DNA of 64,000 nt from a virus (IMGVR_UViG_3300043331_001676:15024-79023); one strand, 5' to 3'. Positions 48,064 to 57,768 are shown, counted from the first letter of the stretch. Notes: generated by a model not told the origin, from the letters alone. Translations and numbers: made by a program.

Positions 48064-48453
48064 ATGCCAGCAAATATTGATCCAATTTTTACGCTGACGC
48101 CGGTCATCGGCATGGCCGCGTTCGATTCGGCCAACACGAACCGGGACGGCTCCGGGACGTTGGCCGACCTGGTGACCGGGGCAACCAATGGGACGTTGGT
48201 CGAGTACGTTGTTTTCAAGGCCACTGTCTCGACCACGGCGGGTATGATTCGGCTGTTTATCCATGACGGTACGAACAACAGGCTGCTGGATGAGCTAGAG
48301 GTAGACGCCATCACCGTCAGCGCCACGCAGAAGGCTTGGAAGGGTATCTATTACCCCGACTGGTCGCTGGTGCTGCCGGTCAACCATATATTGAGGGTTG
48401 CCACGCACATAGGCGAGATGTTCCACGCCGTCGCCTTTGGAGGCAATTACTGA
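48064..48453 (+). CDS. Virion beta-sandwich protein
   Basis: PANIDPIF, NRDGSGT..L.TGA.NGT, IRLFI.DG, GGNY end. Confidence 0.75.
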   Translation: MPANIDPIFTLTPVIGMAAFDSANTNRDGSGTLADLVTGATNGTLVEYVVFKATVSTTAGMIRLFIHDGTNNRLLDELEVDAITVSATQKAWKGIYYPDWSLVLPVNHILRVATHIGEMFHAVAFGGNY

Positions 48454-49982
48454 TGACCAGGATGCCGGTGCTGCGCGGCCAGAAACAGCACGTGCAGTCG
48501 TTCTCGTACAACCGCAAAGAGGTCTACGAGCCGAGCAGCGAGATCGTCATTGACAGGTCCTCGCACCATGCTCACTTCAATGACCTGCTGGCGGCGATTT
48601 TGTGGAAAAAGGCGCATTTGCCGCAGCACCAGGTTGTGTTTCGCCTGGGGCCGGGCGAATGGATTTTCAACGGCAGCATTGCTCTGCCTGGAATCAGCCT
48701 CAAGGGCAGCGGCAGAGGCGTGACGATTATCAGGCTGTTCAAGGGAGCTATGAGTATCCTGGTCAATCCTGAGATCAGCCAGGACGCGGAGACTGGCATT
48801 GTCCTGTCCGACTTTTCGCTGTATGTAGAAGATTCGGTGTCTACAATTCTGGCGCTTGGGATGGCTATTTCGGGTGGAGCGACCAAAACCGTATTATGTC
48901 ACAACGTTGATCTGAACCTGGCGGTCGGCGCTGCGGCCTCGGCCTACGGGTTTTATAATGTCGCCAATCAAGTGACGTTGATGCTGGATAACTGCTCTGC
49001 CATCGAGGGCGGGGCCGGCACAACGGGAGCAGCCGTATACGAGAGCGGCCTGGCCTGCCATATTATTGGCGGCGGGCTGTACAGCGGCGACAATTATGTT
49101 GCGGTGGCCGATGGCTCGCAGATTTATGTCAGGAATTTTCCGATCACGGCGGGGCAATCTTTCAATGCCATTAACAGTGGCGCAGTCAATTGGGAGTGGC
49201 TGCAAAACACCACCAGGCAATTGATTGCCAGAGTCACGACTGACCCGGTTGGTCATCACCACAGCCAATTGTTCGAGTCGGATGGCGGCGCGGTGGCGAT
49301 GGAGACTGACGCAGCCGGCAACGTGACGGTCGAGGGTACGAGGAATCTAAGTATCGCCGGTGGCGACCTGTACATTGCCGGGGACGAGGCCGGGGTAAAG
49401 CAGCGAGTGACCAATGTTTTTCAATCCGGCATCACCGACCATTTCGATGGTGGCAGCGTGAGCGGATTTACCTGGGCAGCTTATGCGGGTTTTGGAACGC
49501 CGACGAATATTGAGGCAACGACGTATCCGAGCATCGCGTTGTTTCATGCCACCAATACAAATCGTTCATTTGGTTACGTCGCCACGAGCGGAACGTCTAT
49601 TATCGCCCGCCTGTCATCTACACTGGACGTTCGTTCAGGTATCCGAATTGACGATGCCAGTAATAGCAACTACGCCGAGTTTTTTATGGAAGCGCCGGGG
49701 TTTGGTTCGGCCACCCTGCTGAGGTATAGATATGCAGTAGGCGGGGCCGTGACCGGGCCAACGACTCTGTTCACACTCCCGCTCAATGTGTTTCTAATTT
49801 TGCAACTGAACCGGCAGGGGACGAATTGGTTGGGGTTTTACTCGACCGACATACCTCAGCTTGGCGCGGCGGTGGTGATACCGCTCAACGTGGCTGCGAG
49901 CAGGTTAGGGATTTATCACGAAAATCTGACCGCAAGCGGCGGGCCTGCAAGGGCCACCATTGTAGATTGGTACAAGGTATAA
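48453..49982 (+). CDS. Tail spike/fibre with beta-helix-like and C-terminal lectin-like regions
   Basis: LGPG, ISLKGSGRGVTII, D.FDG, terminal VDWYKV; last gene of the tail module. Confidence 0.72.
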   Translation: MTRMPVLRGQKQHVQSFSYNRKEVYEPSSEIVIDRSSHHAHFNDLLAAILWKKAHLPQHQVVFRLGPGEWIFNGSIALPGISLKGSGRGVTIIRLFKGAMSILVNPEISQDAETGIVLSDFSLYVEDSVSTILALGMAISGGATKTVLCHNVDLNLAVGAAASAYGFYNVANQVTLMLDNCSAIEGGAGTTGAAVYESGLACHIIGGGLYSGDNYVAVADGSQIYVRNFPITAGQSFNAINSGAVNWEWLQNTTRQLIARVTTDPVGHHHSQLFESDGGAVAMETDAAGNVTVEGTRNLSIAGGDLYIAGDEAGVKQRVTNVFQSGITDHFDGGSVSGFTWAAYAGFGTPTNIEATTYPSIALFHATNTNRSFGYVATSGTSIIARLSSTLDVRSGIRIDDASNSNYAEFFMEAPGFGSATLLRYRYAVGGAVTGPTTLFTLPLNVFLILQLNRQGTNWLGFYSTDIPQLGAAVVIPLNVAASRLGIYHENLTASGGPARATIVDWYKV

Positions 49983-50159
49983 CATGGCGAAATTGTTAAG
50001 CGCCAGAAATAATTTGAATGAGCTACGCTTGCCGGGGCTGGTTGGAATTGGTGGACAGCGCCGAGCAGCTCGTGATTGAGTTTTGGCGGTGGGACGGGCT
50101 AAAGACATGGGTGTTTGGGGTTTAGATGGGCACGATCCTGTTTGCGGGCAAACGGGGCG

Positions 50160-50210
50160 AACCAAAAAAGACCTTATCGGGTGGGACATGATAAGGGCTT
50201 TTTTGGTTTT
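50160..50210. terminator. Bidirectional terminator between converging arms
   Basis: A6-GACCTTATC...GATAAGGGC-T6. Confidence 0.7.
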
Positions 50211-50437
50211 TAGTCCGCCGCCGCCCGTCCGAGCGCCGACCTCAGTCTACCCAGGCTAATGTGCCGCGCCGTTGTGTCAAAGGCGCAGCCGGTCTCTGCA
50301 ACGAGCTGATGGCGCATTTGCCAGATCACCTCAAGCTGCCGGCGTTTGCCGCTCTCCAAAATGACCGGGTCAGCCTGGCGCATAATGCGCTCGGCGGCGG
50401 CGCCGATGATTTGATTACGTTCCCAGTTGTCGGCCAT
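50210..50437 (-). CDS. Hypothetical protein
   Basis: GGAG RBS, operon position. Confidence 0.6.
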   Translation of the reverse strand: MADNWERNQIIGAAAERIMRQADPVILESGKRRQLEVIWQMRHQLVAETGCAFDTTARHISLGRLRSALGRAAAD

Positions 50438-50759
50438 TTTTGTCTCCCGGCTCAACGGTAACTTTGATTTCGTCGTTTTTCCAGGCCGTCAAAAATTGGC
50501 TCAGTCCCTCAAAGCCTAGCCCCTGGGCCAGCCGGTCCAATTCTTCGTTGCGCCGGTTCACCCGCTCGGTGCGGGTGGCATCGTGGAGGCGGTTGTAACG
50601 ACGCCGCGCCCAGAGTGTAATATCAAACGATTCGCCCTTGCTCTGAGCTTCTTCCCGGTCAATGTTGGCGTCCGGGTAGCACTCATCCCGGCATAGCAGC
50701 ACCGGGCCGAGGCCGATTACTAAATTTGTTTCCTTTCCGCAAGCCTGACAGCGTTTCAT
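50415..50759 (-). CDS. Zinc-finger hypothetical protein
   Basis: CQACG...LCRDEC; AAGGA RBS. Confidence 0.7.
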   Translation of the reverse strand: MKRCQACGKETNLVIGLGPVLLCRDECYPDANIDREEAQSKGESFDITLWARRRYNRLHDATRTERVNRRNEELDRLAQGLGFEGLSQFLTAWKNDEIKVTVEPGDKNGRQLGT

Positions 50760-50816
50760 GGTGGTCCTTTCTGCCGGTTATTATGGCCCACCGGCGGGGG
50801 CGTAATGTTTTGGTAA

Positions 50817-51080
50817 TCAGTCCCAATAAATCCGGGTTGCCTCGTCGTAATCATAGGTGTCAAGTTCACGATATTCGCCCTTTACAGCTTTAAATTCCCA
50901 GTACACCGTGCAGTCATTCCCGGCCTCATCGTGCCCTGGAGCAGACATCTCAAAGTAGTAGGTGTCCCCTTCCTCGGCCTCGTGATAGGGCAGGTAAGGC
51001 ATTAAGCAGCCTGTAATCTCGGCCTGACCATCCAGTATGATGGTTTTGCCTTCGCATTGGGTGGTTCCGTAATTAGACAT
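50817..51080 (-). CDS. Small acidic early protein
   Basis: AAGGAG RBS, first gene after a strong promoter. Confidence 0.75.
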   Translation of the reverse strand: MSNYGTTQCEGKTIILDGQAEITGCLMPYLPYHEAEEGDTYYFEMSAPGHDEAGNDCTVYWEFKAVKGEYRELDTYDYDEATRIYWD

Positions 51081-51115
51081 TTTGTATCTCCTTTAAGAAT
51101 TGGGTTGATTTAATT

Positions 51116-51168
51116 ACCGTTTATTAACGGTGTAATCTCAGTATACACCCGTTTATAAACGGTGTCAA
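51116..51168 (-). promoter_or_regulatory. Consensus sigma70 promoter with two palindromic operators
   Basis: TTGACA-17-TATACT (51168-51140); CCGTTTATAAACGG at 51149-51162 and ACCGTTTATTAACGGT at 51116-51131. Confidence 0.85.
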
Positions 51169-51208
51169 GGGGTTTTTTGATGAGTTTCAAAATCTTTAAG
51201 GTTCAAAT

Positions 51209-51964
51209 CCCTTCGTTTGTGGGGAACGCCAACGCGCCCAACTTGTGACCCAAAAGGGCGAAAGTGATTTGATGCTGATTGACGGTCACTTCTACCTCTT
51301 TGCCACGTGTGAAGTGGCAGAGGATTCGCCCTTCCAACCCTCTGAATATCTTGGGTGCGACCTGGGTATCAAAAACATCTTGACCGATAGCACCGGCAAG
51401 CCCTACGCCGGAAATCACCTTAATAGCCTTCGCAAGCGTCACGCCAAACTCAGAGCCAAGTTGCAAAGCAAGGGTACTAAATCGGCCCGTCGCTTGCTCA
51501 AAAAACGCCGCCGCAAAGAGCAAAGAATGGCGGCCCACAAAAACCACGAAATTTCCAAGCAGGTTGTTGAAAAGGCCAAAAGGCACTCTATGGGAATAGC
51601 CCTTGAAGATTTGAAGGGCATCCGTCAAAGAGTAACGGTTAGAAAAGGCCAGCGGAGACAACATCACGCTTGGGCGTTTCACGATTTGCGCCAAAAGATT
51701 GAATACAAGGCGCGTTTGGCCGGTGTGCCGGTGGTTTTGGTTGACCCGCGCAACACGTCCAAAACCTGTCAAGTCTGCGGTTGTGTTGATAGTCGTAACC
51801 GTCCTAATCAAGAGACTTTCCTGTGCATTAGCTGTGGTTTCTCTGCCCACGCTGATTGCAACGCTGCGGTCAATATTGGCCGTAGGGCGCAAGTCAACGC
51901 GCCAAACATCTCAACCCCCGTCGCCATTGGTAGCTCTAATCTGAGCATGGCGATGGTCGGTTAG
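51209..51964 (+). pseudogene. tnpB: 5'-truncated TnpB (RuvC/Zn-finger half retained)
   Basis: GCDLG, ALEDL, NTSKTC..CG, HADCNAA; homology to the full copy starts at PFVCG (about 51209). Confidence 0.88.
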
Positions 51965-52000
51965 GGACAAGCCCCCGACATATTGTCGGGGGTAGTTGAC
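51209..52000 (+). mobile_element. IS200/IS605-family remnant with intact right end
   Basis: CCCCCGACATATTGTCGGGGG hairpin followed by TAGTTGAC end, identical to the second copy. Confidence 0.85.
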
Positions 52001-52145
52001 CGTATCTTTTCCCGCACCGAGGACAGAGAAATAACGAAGTCAGATGGCAGTTGCACGTGGGACAATGCCAGGGGTGCCCGGTGAGGCTTTCGTCCAGGGC
52101 TGAATTATCAACGCCGGGGCAAAACAGCAAATCCGGCCCGGTCAC
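51936..52145 (-). CDS. Small Zn-finger protein whose C-terminus now runs into the IS end
   Basis: GTGA overlap with upstream gene; CPTC..CPRCG; junction at 52000. Confidence 0.55.
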   Translation of the reverse strand: MTGPDLLFCPGVDNSALDESLTGHPWHCPTCNCHLTSLFLCPRCGKRYGQLPPTICRGLVPNRPSPCSD

Positions 52146-52522
52146 AACTGTACCCCCAGACTTTTGAGCGCCCGTTTGAAACTCTCCGGCTCCCCCTCGG
52201 CATAGTTCGCCAGCCGCAGCAGGACCGCCGCCCGCAGCCGGGCCGGCAGCAGCCGGCGGATGCGAGCCACGTCGTCCGGGCTGATCTCGGTACCGAGGTA
52301 CAGGGAGCGCCGGGTGGCGTCTCTGGCGCTCTCCAGGTTGGGCCTGCGGCCTGTCCGGCCTGCCGGGCGCTCTATCCGCTGGAAGGCTTTGACACTTTCG
52401 GGATCCACCTGCCAACGGCCCCGGTCGTCCTGCTGGCCGGTGAGCAGGCCGGTCTTCTTGAGGTGGTGCAATATGGTCGTGTATTCAAGGCCGAGGATGT
52501 CGGCGGCTTCTTTAGGGGTCAT
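52142..52522 (-). CDS. HTH (excisionase-like) DNA-binding protein
   Basis: MTPKEAADILG...GRWQVD.ESV. Confidence 0.8.
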   Translation of the reverse strand: MTPKEAADILGLEYTTILHHLKKTGLLTGQQDDRGRWQVDPESVKAFQRIERPAGRTGRRPNLESARDATRRSLYLGTEISPDDVARIRRLLPARLRAAVLLRLANYAEGEPESFKRALKSLGVQL

Positions 52523-54267
52523 CTGTGTCCCTCGCGCAATTCCATAGGAAATAACAACTCTGTCGCCGCGACATAGCCCGGCCTGGGATAGGCGATCAGG
52601 CCCAACGACCGCAACTTGCCCAGGTTGTTGGTGTAGCCGCTTGAGGTGGGGGATTGGCCGGCCGCCTGGGCCAGGCCAGTTTTGTCCACTTCATCAGGAT
52701 AACGCTCGACCAGTGCCTGCAAAATTCTGGCCTGGGGATTGGATAGCCGGGTATACCATGCTTGATGCAGGTCATCCAGGGAACTGATCGGTATCTCGAC
52801 CTGGGCCAGTTGCCGGCCTGGTGCGGTCAAGACGACCAGATTTGGCCCAGGGTAAGCAATCAGGCCCAGGCTGCGCAGCCGGCCCAGGTTGTTGGTATAG
52901 CCGCTTGAGGTGGGCGATTGATCGCTCCAGACGGCCAGGTTATGGCGGGCTACCGACCGCAGGCCCAGGGTCTCAAAGGCGGCCAGGGCATTCAGGATTC
53001 GCTGCTGCGGCAATGATAGTCCCTCCTGTAAAACGGGTCGCTCTCCATCTCCATTGGAAGAAACAGCGGGCGGATTCCCGTGCTGTTTTATGGGCGGCAA
53101 AAGTGCGGGTACCGGCAGGGGCCGGTTCACTGCCAGCGCCAGAGCGGCCTTAAGATCACCGGCGATCTTCGCCACAGTTTCGCCGGTGCGGGCCAGATTA
53201 TCAATGGCCTCTCCAAGCTGCTCGATCTGATCCTCCTTCAGGACCGGCACTTCAAGGTGCTCGACAATCTTCTCGACCTTCGTCTCAGCGGGCCGGCCCC
53301 GCAGTTCCTTTTCCAGTTCGGCGATACGCCGGCGCAGCTCGCGGGGATCGTCGGACCTGGCGCGCTCGGTGGTGGCGGCCAGGCGCTCACGCAGCTTCTC
53401 AATATCCACTTCGGCCAGCCGCCGGGGGGCTTGAATTTTTGCGCCAACCTTCGGGGTGGCCGAACTGTCAAAGGTTTCCCGCCAGCGTATTTGCACCCGC
53501 TCAAACACATCCAGCCAGCCAGGCGACCAGAACCAGGCCGTGCCGATGGGCAGAGAGGGGAGCGAGGTCATTAGCTCCTCGCGCTGGGCAGGCTCGCCGT
53601 GTACCCTGATCCAGGCGTCAATAGCCTCCCGATCCTGCGGGGCAATGGTGCGTAGAGTAACCAAAACTTCAGCCTGAGTGAGCACGTCTTTGTTCAAAAC
53701 AGCAGCTCGCTGGGTGACCAGGGTAATACCCAGGCCGCGCGCCCGGCCGCGGCGGACCAAATCCTCAACCGCGCCCAGAAGCCGCTCCTGGCCCTTCATG
53801 GGGCGCTGTGGCGCGAAAGCGTCGGCCTCATCGAGCACCAGGTGCAACGGCTGCCTGTTTTTGTGGTAGAGCCGCTCGCAGAAATCGGTCATAAAGCGAG
53901 TTTGCTCACCCTTGCGGAATCGGCTCAGATCAAGAACGACAGAAAGTTCCTCCCCAGCCACCAGGTCGGCGATGACCTCGCCGGCAGTGACTTCCAGGGG
54001 CGCATCGCCGTGATCCCCTCCCAGGACAATGATGGGCAGTCCCGGCCCCTTGCCGTCGCCAGAGGCCCGCAGGCCCCACCAAACGCCAATTGGATCGGCC
54101 ACGCAAACGCGCAGGCCGGCCTTGAGCATTTCCTCGACCATGACGCTGGCGCTGTAAGTCTTGCCAACCCCGCGCTTGGCCAGGATGGCGAAGGTCTCGG
54201 TGATCGCTTCGTGCGGCAAGCTGAAAGGCGCGCCCTGGGCGGTCTGGCCGATGTGGAGTAATTTCAT
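52519..54267 (-). CDS. HerA/DUF87-like P-loop ATPase with tandem C-terminal wHTH
   Basis: AKRGVGKTY, LVLDEAD, RRGRARG, VTQR; duplicated QSPTSSGYTNNLG.LRSLGLIAYP. Confidence 0.88.
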   Translation of the reverse strand: MKLLHIGQTAQGAPFSLPHEAITETFAILAKRGVGKTYSASVMVEEMLKAGLRVCVADPIGVWWGLRASGDGKGPGLPIIVLGGDHGDAPLEVTAGEVIADLVAGEELSVVLDLSRFRKGEQTRFMTDFCERLYHKNRQPLHLVLDEADAFAPQRPMKGQERLLGAVEDLVRRGRARGLGITLVTQRAAVLNKDVLTQAEVLVTLRTIAPQDREAIDAWIRVHGEPAQREELMTSLPSLPIGTAWFWSPGWLDVFERVQIRWRETFDSSATPKVGAKIQAPRRLAEVDIEKLRERLAATTERARSDDPRELRRRIAELEKELRGRPAETKVEKIVEHLEVPVLKEDQIEQLGEAIDNLARTGETVAKIAGDLKAALALAVNRPLPVPALLPPIKQHGNPPAVSSNGDGERPVLQEGLSLPQQRILNALAAFETLGLRSVARHNLAVWSDQSPTSSGYTNNLGRLRSLGLIAYPGPNLVVLTAPGRQLAQVEIPISSLDDLHQAWYTRLSNPQARILQALVERYPDEVDKTGLAQAAGQSPTSSGYTNNLGKLRSLGLIAYPRPGYVAATELLFPMELREGHR

Positions 54268-54304
54268 CTTCTCATTCCCAATCTGTAAACGCTCGTTTGA
54301 AATT

Positions 54305-54928
54305 CTAGCCCGCTATCAGCTCACTAAACCGGCGCTGGATCGCCGCCAGCCAGCCGAGTTCAGTCGGGTCATAGCCGTAGCCGGTTAGTACAAAATCCGA
54401 ATCGTAGGGGCAGACCCAGCCACCTTTGGGCTGGCGAAAAGCCGGGAGGTTATCATAAGCATTATGAGAAGTTTCTATTAGCTCTCGGTTAGAGATCAAG
54501 TAACGCAGCGCGCGGATCTCTGTCCATTCGTCCTGTACATACTTACCAACTCGCCAGGGCTGGCGCTTTGTGCTAAATATTCTTTCCCGGAAGCCATCGC
54601 AGATATAATCCCTGACCGCCTGGCTAAACCTTTCAGGAACCCAGACCTCGATCAAGAACTTCTCGGCCAGGTAATGAGGCTCCAGCTTCTGGCTGAACCA
54701 ATCCAGGTCATAGCCCCTGGCAATGACGCCACCCCGGCCGCTTTTGCTGCCGGGGTGATTATCGCCAGTGAGGATGATCCCTTCCGGGGAGAAGACAAGC
54801 AGCGTGCTCATCATGCGGCTGTCCGGCTGCCGCCGCAGGTAGAAGCTTTTGATCTGCTCGCCCTGCTCAAGCGGCTCCAGATAATGGTCTTTTAATTGAT
54901 TGTAGTACCAATCCAAATCTGGATTCAT
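54305..54928 (-). CDS. Hypothetical phage protein
   Basis: IILTGD, YLAEK motifs; start codon abuts the IS left end. Confidence 0.75.
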   Translation of the reverse strand: MNPDLDWYYNQLKDHYLEPLEQGEQIKSFYLRRQPDSRMMSTLLVFSPEGIILTGDNHPGSKSGRGGVIARGYDLDWFSQKLEPHYLAEKFLIEVWVPERFSQAVRDYICDGFRERIFSTKRQPWRVGKYVQDEWTEIRALRYLISNRELIETSHNAYDNLPAFRQPKGGWVCPYDSDFVLTGYGYDPTELGWLAAIQRRFSELIAG

Positions 54929-56202
54929 AGATTTTTAGCCTCTGGAAACTCCCGACATCGTGCCGGGAGAGGAAAGAGGCTTTTTACCTCCTGCTTTAGC
55001 ATTTGACTTACAAAACATCTGTGCTATAATTCTTTCAAGGCTTGAAAATGAAACTTATTGCACAGGTAAAACTTCTGCCAACTAAAGAACAACACGGCGC
55101 ATTGGTTGACACGCTGACTACTACCAACGAGGCGTGTAACTATATCAGCCAATACGCCTGGGATACTCGCACTTTTCGCCAGTATGACATTCACAAGGCG
55201 ATTTACTATGAAATACGGGAACGCTTTAGCCTGTCGGCTCAAATGACCGTGAGGGCTATTGCGAAAGTAGCCGATGCTTACAAAAAAGATAGGCAGACCA
55301 AACGCACCTTTAAGACCGTTGGGGGTGTTGCTTATGATGACAGAATCCTCTCTTACAATCTCGACAAGTCCACTGCTTCTATCTGGACAACTCAAGGCCG
55401 GTTGACTATCCCCTTTACCTGTGGCCCGCTTCAAAAGGCTTTGCTCAATTCCCAACGAGGTGAATCTGACTTGATTCTGTTCAAGGGTGACTTTTACCTG
55501 TTGGCGGTTTGCGACGTTGATGAACCAACCCCGAAAGATGTTGAGGGCGTTTTGGGGGTGGATTTGGGCATCGTAAACATTGCCACTACCAGCGACGGTG
55601 ATACTTTTGCGGGCAATCAGATTAACAACGTCCGATACCGTCACCGACGCCTGCGAAAGAAGTTGCAAGCCAAACAAACCAAATCGGCCAAACGCCGCCT
55701 TAAAAAGCTTTCCGGCAAAGAGGCGCGTTTTGCTAAAGATGCCAATCACGTAATCAGTAAAAGCATTGTAGCTAAGGCTAAAGGCACAAATAGAGCCGTT
55801 GCCGTTGAGCAATTGACCGGCATACGCTCTAGGGTACGGCTTCGCAAGTCTCGGCGAGCTACGTTGCATAGCTGGTCTTTTTTCCAACTCAAAGACTTTA
55901 TCGCCTACAAAGCTAAACTTGCAGGCGTTCCCTTGATAGAGGTTGACCCTCGGAACACTAGCAGGACTTGCCCCGCTTGCGGTTGTGTGGATAAACGCAA
56001 TCGCCCTAATCAATCTACTTTCTCCTGTATAGTCTGCGGATTCGCTGGTCTGGCTGACTATATCGCGTCTGTCAATATTGGCAGACGGGCGCAAGTCAAC
56101 GCGCCAAACGTTTCAACCCTCGTCGCTATTGGTAGCTCTAATCTGAGCATGGCGACGGTCGGTTAGGGACAAGCCCCCGACATATTGTCGGGGGTAGTTG
56201 AC
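54929..56202 (+). mobile_element. IS200/IS605-family (tnpB-only, IS1341-like) element
   Basis: Left hairpin 54949-54969, promoter TTGACT-16-TATAAT, tnpB, right hairpin 56174-56194, TTGAC end; left boundary inferred. Confidence 0.85.
55048..56166 (+). CDS. tnpB: RNA-guided endonuclease TnpB
   Basis: Full length; RuvC D-E-D (GVDLG, AVEQL, LADYIA) and Zn finger CPACG/CIVCG. Confidence 0.95.
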   Translation: MKLIAQVKLLPTKEQHGALVDTLTTTNEACNYISQYAWDTRTFRQYDIHKAIYYEIRERFSLSAQMTVRAIAKVADAYKKDRQTKRTFKTVGGVAYDDRILSYNLDKSTASIWTTQGRLTIPFTCGPLQKALLNSQRGESDLILFKGDFYLLAVCDVDEPTPKDVEGVLGVDLGIVNIATTSDGDTFAGNQINNVRYRHRRLRKKLQAKQTKSAKRRLKKLSGKEARFAKDANHVISKSIVAKAKGTNRAVAVEQLTGIRSRVRLRKSRRATLHSWSFFQLKDFIAYKAKLAGVPLIEVDPRNTSRTCPACGCVDKRNRPNQSTFSCIVCGFAGLADYIASVNIGRRAQVNAPNVSTLVAIGSSNLSMATVG

Positions 56203-56205
56203 TGA

Positions 56206-57768
56206 TTACACCACCTCCCCGACCGCCGACCGCAGCTTTTCCCTGTCGGCCAGCAAGTCATTCACCGAAACTATCTTGTCACAGAACTGGTCCACCTGCC
56301 GGTTGATCGAACCGATGACCACAGTTACCACCTTGACCGGCCTCTCGGCCTTTGCCGCGTCCAGCCGGCGCAGGAAATCGGTCGACGGGTGGGCAAAATC
56401 GCCGTCGGTCAAAAGCAGCACGTCGGCCTTGAGCTTACTTTGCTCGATCTCACCCAGCGCAGCCTTGAGCGGCCCGTAGGGTTCGGTCCCGCCGCCGTAG
56501 AAGTGACCCAAATGAGCCAGTAGCCCCGGCAAATCCGCCTGCCCAGCCTTCGGCGCGCGCCAGACCTGGAACTGGCCGGCCCCGGAAAACGGCACGCTGA
56601 TAAAGTCCCGCTTATCCCGCCGGGCGATGTCAAGGAGCGCCCACTCCAGGGCGACCGCCAGCGCGTGCCGGTCGCCCTGCATAGAGGCGCTTTCGTCCCG
56701 GACCAGGACCAGCGGCCCGCGCCCCTCCTCGCTCTCACCCTCGAACTGCCGGTGCTGCACCGCGTTGTCGGCGGCTCTTCTCTGCCAGTCCTGGCGGATC
56801 GGCTCAGCCGGGCTGACCATCCGGGCCAGCTCGAAACTTGCCATTTTGGAGGGCTGAAGCGGCTGCTTTTTGTAGCCGGTCATTTGCACGTGACCGCGCT
56901 GGGATTTGCGCCATTCGGCCATCACCATCCGTTTAGCCCAGCCGAGCATCTCGGCCAGCCTTTGCAGGTTGGGCTGGGTCTTCATAAGTTCCATTATACC
57001 ACGAACACTATCCGGGTCTACATAGCCGTCCTCGCTGCCGGCGGCAAAGGAGAAACCGCGAACGAGCATTTTTGATTCCTGGGCCTGCTCCCCGGCGCGG
57101 GCGGCAGCGTTGTTGAGGGCGGCCTGGATTTGGGGGGCATAGTTATCCAGCGCCTTCCCGGCAGCCTGGCCGGCCTGGTCAGCCTGGCCCTGCCAGCGCA
57201 TCGCCTCGGTGGTCGCCTCAGCGGCCTGGGCCTGGGCGGTGGTGGCTTGCTCTTGCATCTCGTTTGCCCGGTTAAGGTCCTGATCCTGGGCTGCTTTCTC
57301 GGCCATCTCGGCCAAGAGGTCGGCCATCTCCTGGGCGGCCTCGGCCTGCCGCCGGGCCTCGTCGGCCTTGCGTTGAGCCTTAGCCTGCTTCTGGGCCGCT
57401 TCCTTCAACTCATCCGGCAGCGCTCGCATCACCTGCTCGACAAAGACCTCAGCGCCGACGGCGGCACAGACAGTGTCGCCGATACTGCCGGCCCTGAGCT
57501 TCTGGTATTCCGGCGTTTCCCGGCCCCGCTCGATCAGCGAGCGCAGAGGGGTCAAACCTTTAGGGCAGGGGTCGGATAGTCTTGGGGCGGCTTTGTACAG
57601 GTCAAAGAAGGCATCCTGGCCGGGCTGGCCGCAGAAGTCGCGGGCGGCCACCAGGTTGGTCTGGGCCAGCCGGGGGTAGGCCGAGGTGGCCTGGAGGTAG
57701 TCTTGTAGGTCGAAGCGGTCGGCCTGGAAGACGCTTTCAACTTGCTTGATTTGCCAGAGTTGGGTCAT
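56206..57768 (-). CDS. VWA-domain protein (ViaA-like)
   Basis: MIDAS DESASM, GGGTE, LLTDG. Confidence 0.9.
   Translation of the reverse strand: MTQLWQIKQVESVFQADRFDLQDYLQATSAYPRLAQTNLVAARDFCGQPGQDAFFDLYKAAPRLSDPCPKGLTPLRSLIERGRETPEYQKLRAGSIGDTVCAAVGAEVFVEQVMRALPDELKEAAQKQAKAQRKADEARRQAEAAQEMADLLAEMAEKAAQDQDLNRANEMQEQATTAQAQAAEATTEAMRWQGQADQAGQAAGKALDNYAPQIQAALNNAAARAGEQAQESKMLVRGFSFAAGSEDGYVDPDSVRGIMELMKTQPNLQRLAEMLGWAKRMVMAEWRKSQRGHVQMTGYKKQPLQPSKMASFELARMVSPAEPIRQDWQRRAADNAVQHRQFEGESEEGRGPLVLVRDESASMQGDRHALAVALEWALLDIARRDKRDFISVPFSGAGQFQVWRAPKAGQADLPGLLAHLGHFYGGGTEPYGPLKAALGEIEQSKLKADVLLLTDGDFAHPSTDFLRRLDAAKAERPVKVVTVVIGSINRQVDQFCDKIVSVNDLLADREKLRSAVGEVV

Noticed and set aside
45247-49982. 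Diversity-generating retroelement acting on tail fibres
   Set aside because: No reverse transcriptase and no TR/VR pair with adenine-specific mismatches noticed
51129-51137. Self-target of the second TnpB guide (GATTACACC) near the early promoter
   Set aside because: Only 9 nt match, first guide base mismatched, no TTCAT adjacent; expected by chance
55024-56094. Long - strand ORFs opposite both tnpB genes (also 51203-51892)
   Set aside because: Typical antisense shadows of tnpB
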